DNA of 64,000 nt. Source: Gemmatimonadota bacterium (lineage in GTDB: Bacteria > Gemmatimonadota > Gemmatimonadetes > Longimicrobiales > Gaopeijiaceae). Position numbers and translations under genes: made by a program. The first letter of the stretch is position 1. Every line of letters starts with the position of its first letter. Positions 19,092-28,242 of the stretch are shown here, piece by piece. The notes beneath the pieces were generated by a model that was not told where the DNA came from, did no database searches, and saw nothing but the letters and a program-made list of their open reading frames with translations. The stretch is taken from positions 46,845 through 110,844 of the forward strand of contig JBDHHQ010000004.1 in assembly GCA_039589315.1 (NCBI GenBank), in the 5' to 3' direction.

Positions 19092-20339
19092 TCAGCGCCG
19101 CAACGAGCTTCGCGCCGCTTGAAGCTCCTCGATCGGTGTGAAGTCGAAGTCGAACCCAAAATGGCGGGGGCCCAGCACCTCGATGCCCTTCTCGACGCGC
19201 CATGCAGCGTCCGAGGGGACGCCCACCATCGCTACCTCGGTGCCCTCCGGATAACCCCCGAGAAAGTCGCTCGTCATAGCCTCGCCGGTCTCGGGGTTCA
19301 GGTTCCAGATGTAGTCGGGTGACGTCACGTCCACTACGCCATCCAGCCACGAGACGATGTTCTCGTTCTTGACGAAGACGCTGTACGTGTGCCCCTCGAA
19401 GTCCCCCGTTCCCGTGAGCTCGGCCTCAGTCCAGCTGAAGCCCCGGTCGCCCCATGACTCCGAGGTGGAAACGACTCCCCGAAACAGCAAGTAGCCGTTC
19501 GTCGCCTCGACCAGCGCTTCGACGGGATCGCGCCCGGCCTCGCGCGCCTCCCGCACGGTCCGTCCCAGGAGGATCGCCTCTGAGAGGTTGCCCGTGATGG
19601 TCCCTACCTTGACCTGCGCCCCTGACATGGGGTTCATGGCGATGGACGATCCCCCTCCGCTGCTCACGGCTACGGCACGGGCCAGGTCTTCGGAGCGATA
19701 GTCGTCAACGGCGCTCTTCACGAGCACCGAGTCGCCCCAGCGCGTCACGAGCGCAGTAGGTGTCGAGGGGATCCCTTGAATCCACGGGATCTGCTGTTGT
19801 ATCTCGGGCCGGGCACGGCCGGACATACAAGCATCCACCACGGGCACGCCCAGGTCGGCTGCGGTCATGAGGGCCGCGAGTGTGGCTCCGGCAGGCTCCA
19901 CACGCAGCACGGCGCGGAACTCGGTCTCGAGATAGTCGGCGAGAAACTGGATCGCCTTCACCCGGCTGTCCTCCACGATGGACAATCCCTGCTCCCGAGT
20001 GCGCTCGATCACGTGCTCCCAGGCCCCACCACCACCGACGCCGGCCGGACCGATGACCATCCAGTCGTCGGGAATGTCCTCCGCCGCGATCATGGTGAAC
20101 TCCGTGCCCTGGGCCATCCTTTCGCGAGCGCGCTCGATGTACCGGCTGGCGTCGCAAGCTCTCGTGGCTTGAATACACGAGCCCACGAGCATATCCACGA
20201 CTTCCTGCTCTGACAGCGTCCGAATGGCTGGGCTCTCGACGGTGGCGCCCTCTTCGCCGCTCGCGTCCGGTTGGCCACAGGCACCGGTCGTCACCAACAC
20301 GACGAGGCAGAACAAGGAGCTTCCACTGCACGAAGTCAT
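19092..20339 (-). CDS. DUF917 family protein, predicted lipoprotein
   Basis: Lipobox TGAC; IRTLSEQEVVD, GVPVVDACMSGRARPE, LLFRG, KNENIVSW, SPD, GPRHFGFD; clear paralog of 7509-8765. Confidence 0.8.
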   Translation of the reverse strand: MTSCSGSSLFCLVVLVTTGACGQPDASGEEGATVESPAIRTLSEQEVVDMLVGSCIQATRACDASRYIERARERMAQGTEFTMIAAEDIPDDWMVIGPAGVGGGGAWEHVIERTREQGLSIVEDSRVKAIQFLADYLETEFRAVLRVEPAGATLAALMTAADLGVPVVDACMSGRARPEIQQQIPWIQGIPSTPTALVTRWGDSVLVKSAVDDYRSEDLARAVAVSSGGGSSIAMNPMSGAQVKVGTITGNLSEAILLGRTVREAREAGRDPVEALVEATNGYLLFRGVVSTSESWGDRGFSWTEAELTGTGDFEGHTYSVFVKNENIVSWLDGVVDVTSPDYIWNLNPETGEAMTSDFLGGYPEGTEVAMVGVPSDAAWRVEKGIEVLGPRHFGFDFDFTPIEELQAARSSLRR

Positions 20340-20382
20340 GGCCCTCTCCCTTGTTGTTGTAGGAGTCGACTCACTGCGGGAA

Positions 20383-20898
20383 TCAGCGATTCCCCAAGGA
20401 GATCGGGTTCTCTATGAGCTCGGTATGGAATACGACGCCTTCCTCCACTCCGTCTCGGTCCACGTCGAACGTGCCCTCGAAATCCAGCTTGAGCACCTCA
20501 CCGGACAGCCGATAGGTGTAGACTACCGTGGGTTCGAAGCCGTTATCCGGAACCAGCGTGAGCGTGCTTTCCGTAATCACGAGCGTGCCCTTGTGACGCG
20601 TAAGCGCTCCTCCGGTCAATGACGTCAGGCGCGTGTACGTGGCATCGGGATCGACACGCAGGCTGAAGATGCCGCCCGAAGGAACGAGATCCCGACTGAC
20701 GGCGCCGTCCGTGAGGCTGCTGACCTCTATCGTATACGCAAGCCAGGCGCCGAAGAGCGAGCGAGCGCCCGACTGCGGGGTCACCTCGATGGGTTCCAGC
20801 GCGATCGGCCCTGACGTGCCGGTCACCTCGCAGGCCCCGACGACGGCCAGCAGGCAAAGGGCGGGCAGTGCGTGGAACGGACGTCGAGTCGACTTCAC
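20383..20898 (-). CDS. Hypothetical lipoprotein (lipocalin-like beta fold, DxDxDG motif)
   Basis: GTG 20898 overlaps the upstream stop; lipobox VGAC; LFGAW motif; FDVDRDGVEE. Confidence 0.65.
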   Translation of the reverse strand: MKSTRRPFHALPALCLLAVVGACEVTGTSGPIALEPIEVTPQSGARSLFGAWLAYTIEVSSLTDGAVSRDLVPSGGIFSLRVDPDATYTRLTSLTGGALTRHKGTLVITESTLTLVPDNGFEPTVVYTYRLSGEVLKLDFEGTFDVDRDGVEEGVVFHTELIENPISLGNR

Positions 20899-21566
20899 GA
20901 GATACGCCTTGGCGAGTTGAGGAATGCACAATAGGCGGAGAGGTGGCAGCGGGTCAATTGCGACGAGCCCGCCGCCAAACGGTCCAGACCACCGGACAGT
21001 GGTTCCAACAGTCGTCTCATTCTCCGTTTCCCCCCTTCCAGCCCGAACTCCAGGTCGACGAGTTCGGCATAGAAGTGGGCCGGCTCGTCAACGCCGTCCC
21101 CGTCCACGTCGAAGTCCTGCATGAACTCCAGGATCAGACGCTCGAAGCGAAAGCCGTATGTGAAGATTCGCGACGGCCGGCTGATGTGCGTCGCCGTCAG
21201 CGTAAGCGTGCTGTCTCCGACCAGCAGCGCTCCCTCTTCACGATATGCTGCATCCCCGGTGAGGGAGTGCAGAAACACGTATGTGAGATCATCGTGGATG
21301 CGGAGGCTCAGAACCGCACCCAGTGGGACGAGGCTCACCTGCATCGAAGAGTCAGAGGCGCTGGTCACGATAATGTCAACTGCGAGCCAAGTGCCGCGGA
21401 GCCCGTACAGAGGCGTTTCAGGCTGCACGACCGGCAATGGAGCTGACGTACCCGGGTCCCCCTTCACATCGCAGCCCGTCAGGGCGGATAGGAACACGAT
21501 CACCAGCGGCGCCACAGGGCGAACGGGCAGAGCGACTACGGATCCAGGCCGCGGCCTTGTATTCAC
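20895..21566 (-). CDS. Hypothetical lipoprotein, tandem paralog of 20383-20898
   Basis: Lipobox LTGC; LRGTW; shared SLTG, YTY/FTY and FDVDGDGVDE motifs. Confidence 0.65.
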   Translation of the reverse strand: MNTRPRPGSVVALPVRPVAPLVIVFLSALTGCDVKGDPGTSAPLPVVQPETPLYGLRGTWLAVDIIVTSASDSSMQVSLVPLGAVLSLRIHDDLTYVFLHSLTGDAAYREEGALLVGDSTLTLTATHISRPSRIFTYGFRFERLILEFMQDFDVDGDGVDEPAHFYAELVDLEFGLEGGKRRMRRLLEPLSGGLDRLAAGSSQLTRCHLSAYCAFLNSPRRIS

Positions 21567-21573
21567 GAGTCGC

Positions 21574-23907
21574 TCAGAACTGGAACAGCTTGGTCACCTT
21601 CAAGGCGACCTGCCGGTCCAGAAGCGCCCAAGAAGCTGCAATACGTCTTTCAATATAGACGAAAAAGACATCGCTCAGCGGCGCGTGTATGAAGTTGACG
21701 CGTAGATTGGTGACGAACTCGTCGCTGGCGCCATTGTATTGGACGAACGCGCTACCGAATAGACGCGTGGAGTATCCATATTCCATGCGCGCCCCGTATA
21801 CGTCGGCGACGAACGACTCACCATCGATCTCGATGTCGTTGTACTCGGCGTTGAGCTCGAGGGAGAAGTGGTGACTGGGCCTCCAGAGGGCGCCGGCGAG
21901 GGCGGAACGCCTCGTGCCCGAGAAGAAGCCGCCCGACGCCAGGCGCACGAGACCCGAGAGCTTGCGCCCCCGACTCGACTGGTATTGGACGCTACCCTCG
22001 GCGAAATCGTAGCTGCCGACCGGGATGACGGCCCCGGGCACGACCTCGAAGTCACCGAACAGTCGCTCGAAGTGATCGCTGGCCGTAACGGTCAGTCGGC
22101 TCCGATCGAGGAAGTCGACGTTCAGGCCGGCGGTGGCGGTGCGGGTCTCGAGAACCGACGCTTGGTTGGTGAAATAGTGCAGCTCGACGTACGGGTTGAG
22201 CTCCTGTACAAGACGCCAGTCGGGCTGAGGGTGGACGCCCACCGTGGCGTAGCTGTGGCGGATGCCGCGACGCCTGACGAAGCCTACTTCCGGGTTGAAC
22301 GAATCGCCGATGGTCCGGTACAGGGCCGACACGTCCCACAGTTGGCCCCGCCATGCAGCCGAGATCCTCGCCGCCGTGTTGTTTTCTCCCGTCCCGCGGC
22401 CGCTGGTGCCCGCCAGGTAGGAATGGATGACCAGGTTCTGCCACATGTGGACGATCACGTCCGCGCCATAGCTGTTGTTGTATCTCGTTTCGGTGGTGGT
22501 CCCCGTGATCTGCCGATTGGTGAACATGCCGCCCACCTGCACGGCGTCGAAGAAGGTGTGGCGGACGCGTGCCACTGAGAAGTTCTCGGCGGGCGCTACG
22601 TCCGTGGCCTGGGTCTGCATGTTGAGGACTCCCACCTGCACCCCACCGATCCGACCGGTCATGCGCGCCCCGCCGTGGATGGGAATGGGCCGGCCCTCGA
22701 ACAGCCCGATGCGGCGTGAGTGGAAGAGGCGGAAGTCGGCGAGTCCCGCTCCCAGCCGGTAGCCCCGCTCCGGCACGTCTCCGAACTCGAATATGCCGGC
22801 GTTCTCCAGGAAGAACTGACGCTTCTCGGGAAAGAAGAGCGAGAAGCGGGTGAGGTTGACCTGCTCCTGGTCCACCTCGACCTGGGAAAAGTCCGTTCTG
22901 AACGTCAGATCCAGCGTGAGCCGGCGGGTGAGGCCCCATTTGACATCGAAGCCCCCGTCCAACTCGGTCTCGTCCGCGCCGCCCGTTATGAGACCGCGCT
23001 GCGTTCCCGCCAAGGCGTACGGCTTGATGGACAGGTTGCGGCCGCTCTCGAGGCCGCTGAGTCCGTGCAAGGTGCCGCCCTGGTCGGATCTGAACAGGGC
23101 GAATCTGCGGTCCAGCGGAGCCCAGAACACGTCTTCGCCCTTGCGGCGAATCCGCCGGACGAAGTTGAGCCCCCAGGACTGCTCTCCCTCGGTCGGGTTG
23201 AAGCGCAAGGTGGTGAAGGGTATGGCCATCTCGACCACCCACCCTTCGTCGTTGATCCTCCCCACCCGCTCTACTACTCCTTCCCAGTCGAAGTTCAGAT
23301 CCCGGCCGAGATCGAATACCTGCGCGTCCCGGAACGCGCCGTGTGGATTCACGCCGAACATGAACCCGTTCCGACGATCCAGGAATGTGTCAAGAACGAC
23401 TCCGAAGACGTCCTCGTCCCCGGAGTTGAATTCGCGCTTCAGGGAGTGGGCGGTGATCCGGTCGGGTTCCGAGTCGTAGAGCATCGCCCCGACGTAGAGT
23501 TTCCGCTCGTCGTAAACGATCCAGACTTCCGTCCTCTCGGTGGCCGGATATCCGGGATCCGGCTTGTTCTGGATGAAGCCGGTGATGGTGTCGGCCTGTT
23601 GCCAAGCCGGCTCGTCCAGGAAACCGTCCACGACGATCGGTGTGTCGATGCGCACCGCTCGCGACTCCGGCCGTGGCGCCGACTCGGGATCCACCGGTGT
23701 GACGGCCGACTGGGCATCGAGGGAGCCCTTGCTTCCGCCTGCCTGAGCTGCCGCGGGACGGGGCGGCAACGGAGCCAGAAAGGCAAATACGAGTGCGAGG
23801 AGCACCGACCGCCGAATCGCTCCGATCTGGGGCACCCCGCGACGTACCCGAGATGGACGCGCCCGAGCCGGACGCGCCGCGCTGCCGCAGAGCGATCGGA
23901 CCGTCAC
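21574..23907 (-). CDS. DUF5916 protein with N-terminal CBM9-like (DOMON) domain, probable outer-membrane beta-barrel
   Basis: IVVDGFLDEPAW, TERTEV, DTFLD, EMAIPF, WGLNF, TDFSQVEVD, NLTRFSLFFPEKRQFFLE, HSRRIG; C-terminal Phe. Start uncertain (23907 or 23835). Confidence 0.85.
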   Translation of the reverse strand: MTVRSLCGSAARPARARPSRVRRGVPQIGAIRRSVLLALVFAFLAPLPPRPAAAQAGGSKGSLDAQSAVTPVDPESAPRPESRAVRIDTPIVVDGFLDEPAWQQADTITGFIQNKPDPGYPATERTEVWIVYDERKLYVGAMLYDSEPDRITAHSLKREFNSGDEDVFGVVLDTFLDRRNGFMFGVNPHGAFRDAQVFDLGRDLNFDWEGVVERVGRINDEGWVVEMAIPFTTLRFNPTEGEQSWGLNFVRRIRRKGEDVFWAPLDRRFALFRSDQGGTLHGLSGLESGRNLSIKPYALAGTQRGLITGGADETELDGGFDVKWGLTRRLTLDLTFRTDFSQVEVDQEQVNLTRFSLFFPEKRQFFLENAGIFEFGDVPERGYRLGAGLADFRLFHSRRIGLFEGRPIPIHGGARMTGRIGGVQVGVLNMQTQATDVAPAENFSVARVRHTFFDAVQVGGMFTNRQITGTTTETRYNNSYGADVIVHMWQNLVIHSYLAGTSGRGTGENNTAARISAAWRGQLWDVSALYRTIGDSFNPEVGFVRRRGIRHSYATVGVHPQPDWRLVQELNPYVELHYFTNQASVLETRTATAGLNVDFLDRSRLTVTASDHFERLFGDFEVVPGAVIPVGSYDFAEGSVQYQSSRGRKLSGLVRLASGGFFSGTRRSALAGALWRPSHHFSLELNAEYNDIEIDGESFVADVYGARMEYGYSTRLFGSAFVQYNGASDEFVTNLRVNFIHAPLSDVFFVYIERRIAASWALLDRQVALKVTKLFQF

Positions 23908-23944
23908 ATCCCTCCCCGTTGCAGTCGCAAGGCGGGGTGAGCCA

Positions 23945-25294
23945 TCAGCGGCTCGCCACGGCCGAGCCGGACACGAGCTCACCGTCCTGCTTGAATACGA
24001 CACCGTCCTTCATGACGAAATCTACAGACTTGAGAAGCTCGATGTCGTCGAGAGGGTCACCCGCGACGGCCACGATGTCGGCCAGCTTGCCGCTTTCGAT
24101 GCTCCCCAGCTGATCCTCCTTCTCCAGCAGATGCGCCGCATTTCGTGTCGCAGCCAGGATCGCGTCCATGGGCGAGATCCCCACGCCCACCAGCAGCCTG
24201 AACTCGTCGGCATTCGTGCCGTGCGGGAAGACACCGGCGTCGGTTCCGAAGGCGATGGCCACTCCGCCTTGCACGGCCTTCTGAATCGACTCGCGGAAGT
24301 AGGGGTATATCTCTTGCGCTTTCGCTGCCGACTCTGGCGCCAAGGTCCCGGCACGGGACGCTTCGAGCACGAACTCGAAGGCCATCATGGTGGGTACCAG
24401 GTACGTGCCGTTCTGGTTCATGAGCCGGACGGTCTCGTCGTCGATCATCGAGCCGTGCTCGATGGAGTTGACGCCCGCCCGGACCGCGTCCTTGATCCCC
24501 TCGAGGCCGTGGGCATGCGCCGCCACGGTTCGATCGGCGAGCCGTGCCGTCTCCACGATGGCTCGCATCTCCTCGAGCGTGTACTGCTGTACGCCAACGG
24601 CATCACCCGCCGACAACACGCCGCCGGTCGCACAGAACTTGATCACGTCCGCACCGTACTTGACCAGGTAGTTGACGGCCGCGCGGACTTGGTCCGGACC
24701 CTGCGCGATCCCCTGGTCGATGCCGGGCTCCTCGAAGATGTCCGGCCGGTAGCCGTTCGTATCGCAATGTCCGCCCGTGATGCCCATCGAGCTCGCGGCC
24801 GTGAACAACCGCGGTCCGGGTACGAGGCCCGCGTTGATGGCGTTCCTGAGCGAGACGTCGGCCCATTCGTTGGCACCTACGTTCCGTACCGTGGTGAATC
24901 CGGCGAGCAGCGTCTTCCTGGCATTCTTCACGCCCACGATGGCCGCATAGCCCGGCCACTGATGGAGCCGCCGGTCCCGGTATCCCATGCTCGGGTCCCC
25001 GGCGAGGTGCGTGTGCATGTCGATGAAGCCGGGCATCACGGTGTGATCCGAGAGATCGATGCGGACTGCTCCCGACGGGACATCGATGTTCGATCCCACA
25101 TCCTCGATTCTGTCTCCACGGACCAGGATCGTGACGTTCTCTCTGACTTCCTCGCTCGCACCGTCGATCAGCCGACCCGCCTGGATCGCGGTCACGTGCG
25201 TGTCGTCCGGAACGACGACCTCCTGGGCAGCCACCGGAGCTACGACGAAGATGGAAAGCAGGATCGCGGCCGCGCGTGCGGCGAAGTCACTCAT
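23945..25294 (-). CDS. Exported amidohydrolase, Xaa-Pro dipeptidase/carboxypeptidase-like subfamily (distinct from A1-A7)
   Basis: Signal ending VAA-Q; PGFIDMHTH, AGFTTVRN, TGGHCD, GADVIKFCATGG, AAHAHG, SIEHG, GTDAG. Confidence 0.9.
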   Translation of the reverse strand: MSDFAARAAAILLSIFVVAPVAAQEVVVPDDTHVTAIQAGRLIDGASEEVRENVTILVRGDRIEDVGSNIDVPSGAVRIDLSDHTVMPGFIDMHTHLAGDPSMGYRDRRLHQWPGYAAIVGVKNARKTLLAGFTTVRNVGANEWADVSLRNAINAGLVPGPRLFTAASSMGITGGHCDTNGYRPDIFEEPGIDQGIAQGPDQVRAAVNYLVKYGADVIKFCATGGVLSAGDAVGVQQYTLEEMRAIVETARLADRTVAAHAHGLEGIKDAVRAGVNSIEHGSMIDDETVRLMNQNGTYLVPTMMAFEFVLEASRAGTLAPESAAKAQEIYPYFRESIQKAVQGGVAIAFGTDAGVFPHGTNADEFRLLVGVGISPMDAILAATRNAAHLLEKEDQLGSIESGKLADIVAVAGDPLDDIELLKSVDFVMKDGVVFKQDGELVSGSAVASR

Positions 25295-25418
25295 GCTGCG
25301 GCTCGACTCTCTCATCCTTTGTCGCCTTTCGCTTTCCCCCGCCTCGGCGGCGGCTCGTCGTAGAATGTGACTCGTGGGCAACGCAACAGTCGCGGTTCGA
25401 CAGTCGTTGCCCCGTACG

Positions 25419-26795
25419 TCACGATGCGGTCCGCCCCTTGTACTGGACGCCGCCCTTGATTACGTAAATGACGTTGTTCTGCTGAAGCGCGCCCATGTCC
25501 CGCAGCGGGTTTCCGTTGACAACGATGATGTCAGCGAGCTTGTCCGGCTCGATCGTTCCCAAGTCGTCGTACATTCGGTAGAGGAGAGCGGGATAGCGCG
25601 TGGCCATCGAGATGACCTTCATGGGCGGGATGCCGTACCGGACCAACAGGTCCATCTCTTGCCACGTCGACTCGTAGTGGAAGTTCATGGGCGTGCCGGA
25701 GTCGGTCCCGACCACGATGCGGACGCCGTTCTCGTGGAGCTGCCGGACCTTCGCCGCGTGATGGCGATTGGACTCCTTGGCCCCCGAGAAGTAGTTGAGG
25801 CGGCTGAAGAAGTTGAGCGACTCCCGCACGTCCTCATAGATGTCGGGGGGCAGATCGGCCCGCAGCTGCTGGTTGTCGAGCCGCTCGGGCCACTCGGTCG
25901 TGATGTCGTAGACGCGGCTCACGAGCGAGGTGACGGAGGCCGCGATGCCGTTGGACGCCATGATACTGACGCTCTCCTCCGGGTAGAGCGGGGCGCGCCC
26001 ACCGCCCATGTGCTCGATCGAGTTGGCACCCATCTCGGCCGCGGCCCGTACTTCCTCGAGACTGCTGGCGTGCACGGCGATGTGCATACCCGCCCTCTGG
26101 GCCTCCTCGCCGATGGCCAGCCGCTCCTCTCGGGTCAGCTGGTTTAGCTGAATGACCTTGATGAGATCCACCCCGGCATCGATGAGCTGCCGGGTCTTCT
26201 GCCTGGCGTCTTCTGGGCCATCGACGGGCCAGCGGAAGAAGTCCTGGACACGGGAGTCGTAGCTGGTGCCGCGACCTTCCGGCAGTGACGCCTGCAGGAA
26301 CGGGCCCGCCACGACCATGCGGGGCCCTTGCAGGCGACCCGCTTCGATCTCGTCGCGGATCCACAGGATGTCGTCCAGGGGCGCCCCCAGATCCCGCGCC
26401 GTCGTGACACCCGCCCTGAGAAGCTGCTGGGCGGACACCTGCATGATCTCGCGCCAACGGCCGGCGTACTCGGGGAAGTACTCGTCATAGATGCCGTGAC
26501 CGACGATGAAGAGGTGCACGTGAGCGTCGTTCAGCCCCGGCATCACCGTCAAGCCGTTTGCGTCGATGACGCGTGCGTCCGACGGGATCTCCGTGTCGTC
26601 CACCGTTCCCACGTGGGTGATCTTGTCGCCCTCCACCAGCACGACCGAGTTCTCGATCGGCACCCCCTCGGTTCCGTCGATTAGGTAGCCCCCGACGATC
26701 GCCATTCGGTTCTGCGCGTCGGCGGGTGCGGTGGAGAGCACGGTTGCGAGGAGTAGGGCCCAGACCGCTCTGGTGGCTCGATGGATACTCATCAC
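25419..26795 (-). CDS. Exported metal-dependent amidohydrolase (paralog A4)
   Basis: Signal ending ADA-Q; DAHVH, DLIK, AVHAS, SIEH, GTDSGTPMNFHYESTW. Confidence 0.92.
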   Translation of the reverse strand: MMSIHRATRAVWALLLATVLSTAPADAQNRMAIVGGYLIDGTEGVPIENSVVLVEGDKITHVGTVDDTEIPSDARVIDANGLTVMPGLNDAHVHLFIVGHGIYDEYFPEYAGRWREIMQVSAQQLLRAGVTTARDLGAPLDDILWIRDEIEAGRLQGPRMVVAGPFLQASLPEGRGTSYDSRVQDFFRWPVDGPEDARQKTRQLIDAGVDLIKVIQLNQLTREERLAIGEEAQRAGMHIAVHASSLEEVRAAAEMGANSIEHMGGGRAPLYPEESVSIMASNGIAASVTSLVSRVYDITTEWPERLDNQQLRADLPPDIYEDVRESLNFFSRLNYFSGAKESNRHHAAKVRQLHENGVRIVVGTDSGTPMNFHYESTWQEMDLLVRYGIPPMKVISMATRYPALLYRMYDDLGTIEPDKLADIIVVNGNPLRDMGALQQNNVIYVIKGGVQYKGRTAS

Positions 26796-26817
26796 TCTCC
26801 CTCATCGTGTTCGGGGT

Positions 26818-28242
26818 TCACCGGTCGCTGAGGTTCAGCTGTGTGTCGGGGCCCTTGTACTGGACCCCGCCTTTGATCACGTAGATCACGTTGTCTTGCT
26901 GCAGCACACTCATGCGGCGAAGCGGGTTGCCGTCGACGACGATGATGTCGGCCAGCTTCCCCGGCTCGATCGTGCCCATCTCGCCCAGCTTGCCGTACGC
27001 CAACGCGGGATACCGGGTAGCCATGCTGATCACCCTCATGGGGGGCAGCCCGTAGCGTACGAACAGATCCATCTCCTTCCAGGTCGACTCGTAGTGGAAG
27101 TTCATGGGCGTGCCAGAATCCGTCCCGACGAGGAGTCGGACCCCGGCCTTGTGCGCCTGACGGATCTTGTCGCCGTAATGGGGGCTCACTTCCCTCTTGC
27201 CGGTGAAGTAGCCGAGCCTCGACCGGAAGGTCAGGGACTCCCGCACGTCTTCGTAGACGTCCGGGGCGAGGTCCTCCTGGAGTTGCGGCGCGTCGAGGCG
27301 CTCCGGGAAGTCGTCGGTCACGTTGTACACCCGGGACACCATGGCTGTGGGAACCCAGAAGATTCCGTTGTCGCGCATCAGCCGGATGCTCTCCTCGGGG
27401 TAGAGGGGGCTCGCCCCCGCACCGACGTGCTCGATGGTGCGAACGCCCATCTCCGCGGCGGCTCGGATCTCTTCGACCGTGTTGGCGTGGACGGCGATGT
27501 GCACGCCGGCGGCCCGCGCTACCTCGGCCATGGCCATCCGCTCTTCCCGGGACAGCGCGCCGAGCTGGATGATCTTGAGCAGGTCCACCCCGGCGTCGAT
27601 CAGCTCACGAGCTTTGCGCCGAGCATCGTCGGGTCCGTCCACGAGCACGCGGAAGAACTCCTGCGTGGGACCAGAGGTCTTTTGCAGGAACGGGCCCGAC
27701 ACGAAGAGCCGCGGGCCCACCATGCGTCCCTCTTCGATCTCCTCCTTGATCCAGAGCGCATCGTCCAGTTGCGCACCCACGTCTCGCGCGCTGGTCACCC
27801 CGGCCATGAGCAGCTGCCGGGCGGAGATCGTCATGAGCTCGCGCATCCGGTCCTGCTCGTAGTGGTACCGGGTGAAGTAGTCGCTGTAGATGCCGTGGCC
27901 GACGATGAACAGGTGAGCGTGGGCCTCGTGGAGCCCCGGCATCACCGTATGCCCGTCGGCGTCGATCACCCTGGCCCCGTCGGGGATCCGGGTGTCTTCG
28001 ACAGTGCCCACGTGCACCACGCGATCCCCGTCGACGAGCACGACGGAGTTCTGGATTGGCACACCCTCGGTCCCGTCGATCAGGTAGCCACCCACGATGG
28101 CCAGGGACGCGTCCCGGGCTTGCCCATGCAGCGATTCGGACCCACCGAGCGCCCAGGTCAACGCGGACGCGACTGTCAGCACGGCGAGTCCCGGGAGGCT
28201 CATGGGTGATCTCGGCTTTCTGCCGGCGGCCCGCCTTGTCAT
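26818..28242 (-). CDS. Exported metal-dependent amidohydrolase (paralog A5)
   Basis: Signal peptide; EAHAH, DLLK, AVHAN, TIEH, GTDSGTPMNFHYESTW; ATGA overlap with A6. Confidence 0.92.
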   Translation of the reverse strand: MTRRAAGRKPRSPMSLPGLAVLTVASALTWALGGSESLHGQARDASLAIVGGYLIDGTEGVPIQNSVVLVDGDRVVHVGTVEDTRIPDGARVIDADGHTVMPGLHEAHAHLFIVGHGIYSDYFTRYHYEQDRMRELMTISARQLLMAGVTSARDVGAQLDDALWIKEEIEEGRMVGPRLFVSGPFLQKTSGPTQEFFRVLVDGPDDARRKARELIDAGVDLLKIIQLGALSREERMAMAEVARAAGVHIAVHANTVEEIRAAAEMGVRTIEHVGAGASPLYPEESIRLMRDNGIFWVPTAMVSRVYNVTDDFPERLDAPQLQEDLAPDVYEDVRESLTFRSRLGYFTGKREVSPHYGDKIRQAHKAGVRLLVGTDSGTPMNFHYESTWKEMDLFVRYGLPPMRVISMATRYPALAYGKLGEMGTIEPGKLADIIVVDGNPLRRMSVLQQDNVIYVIKGGVQYKGPDTQLNLSDR

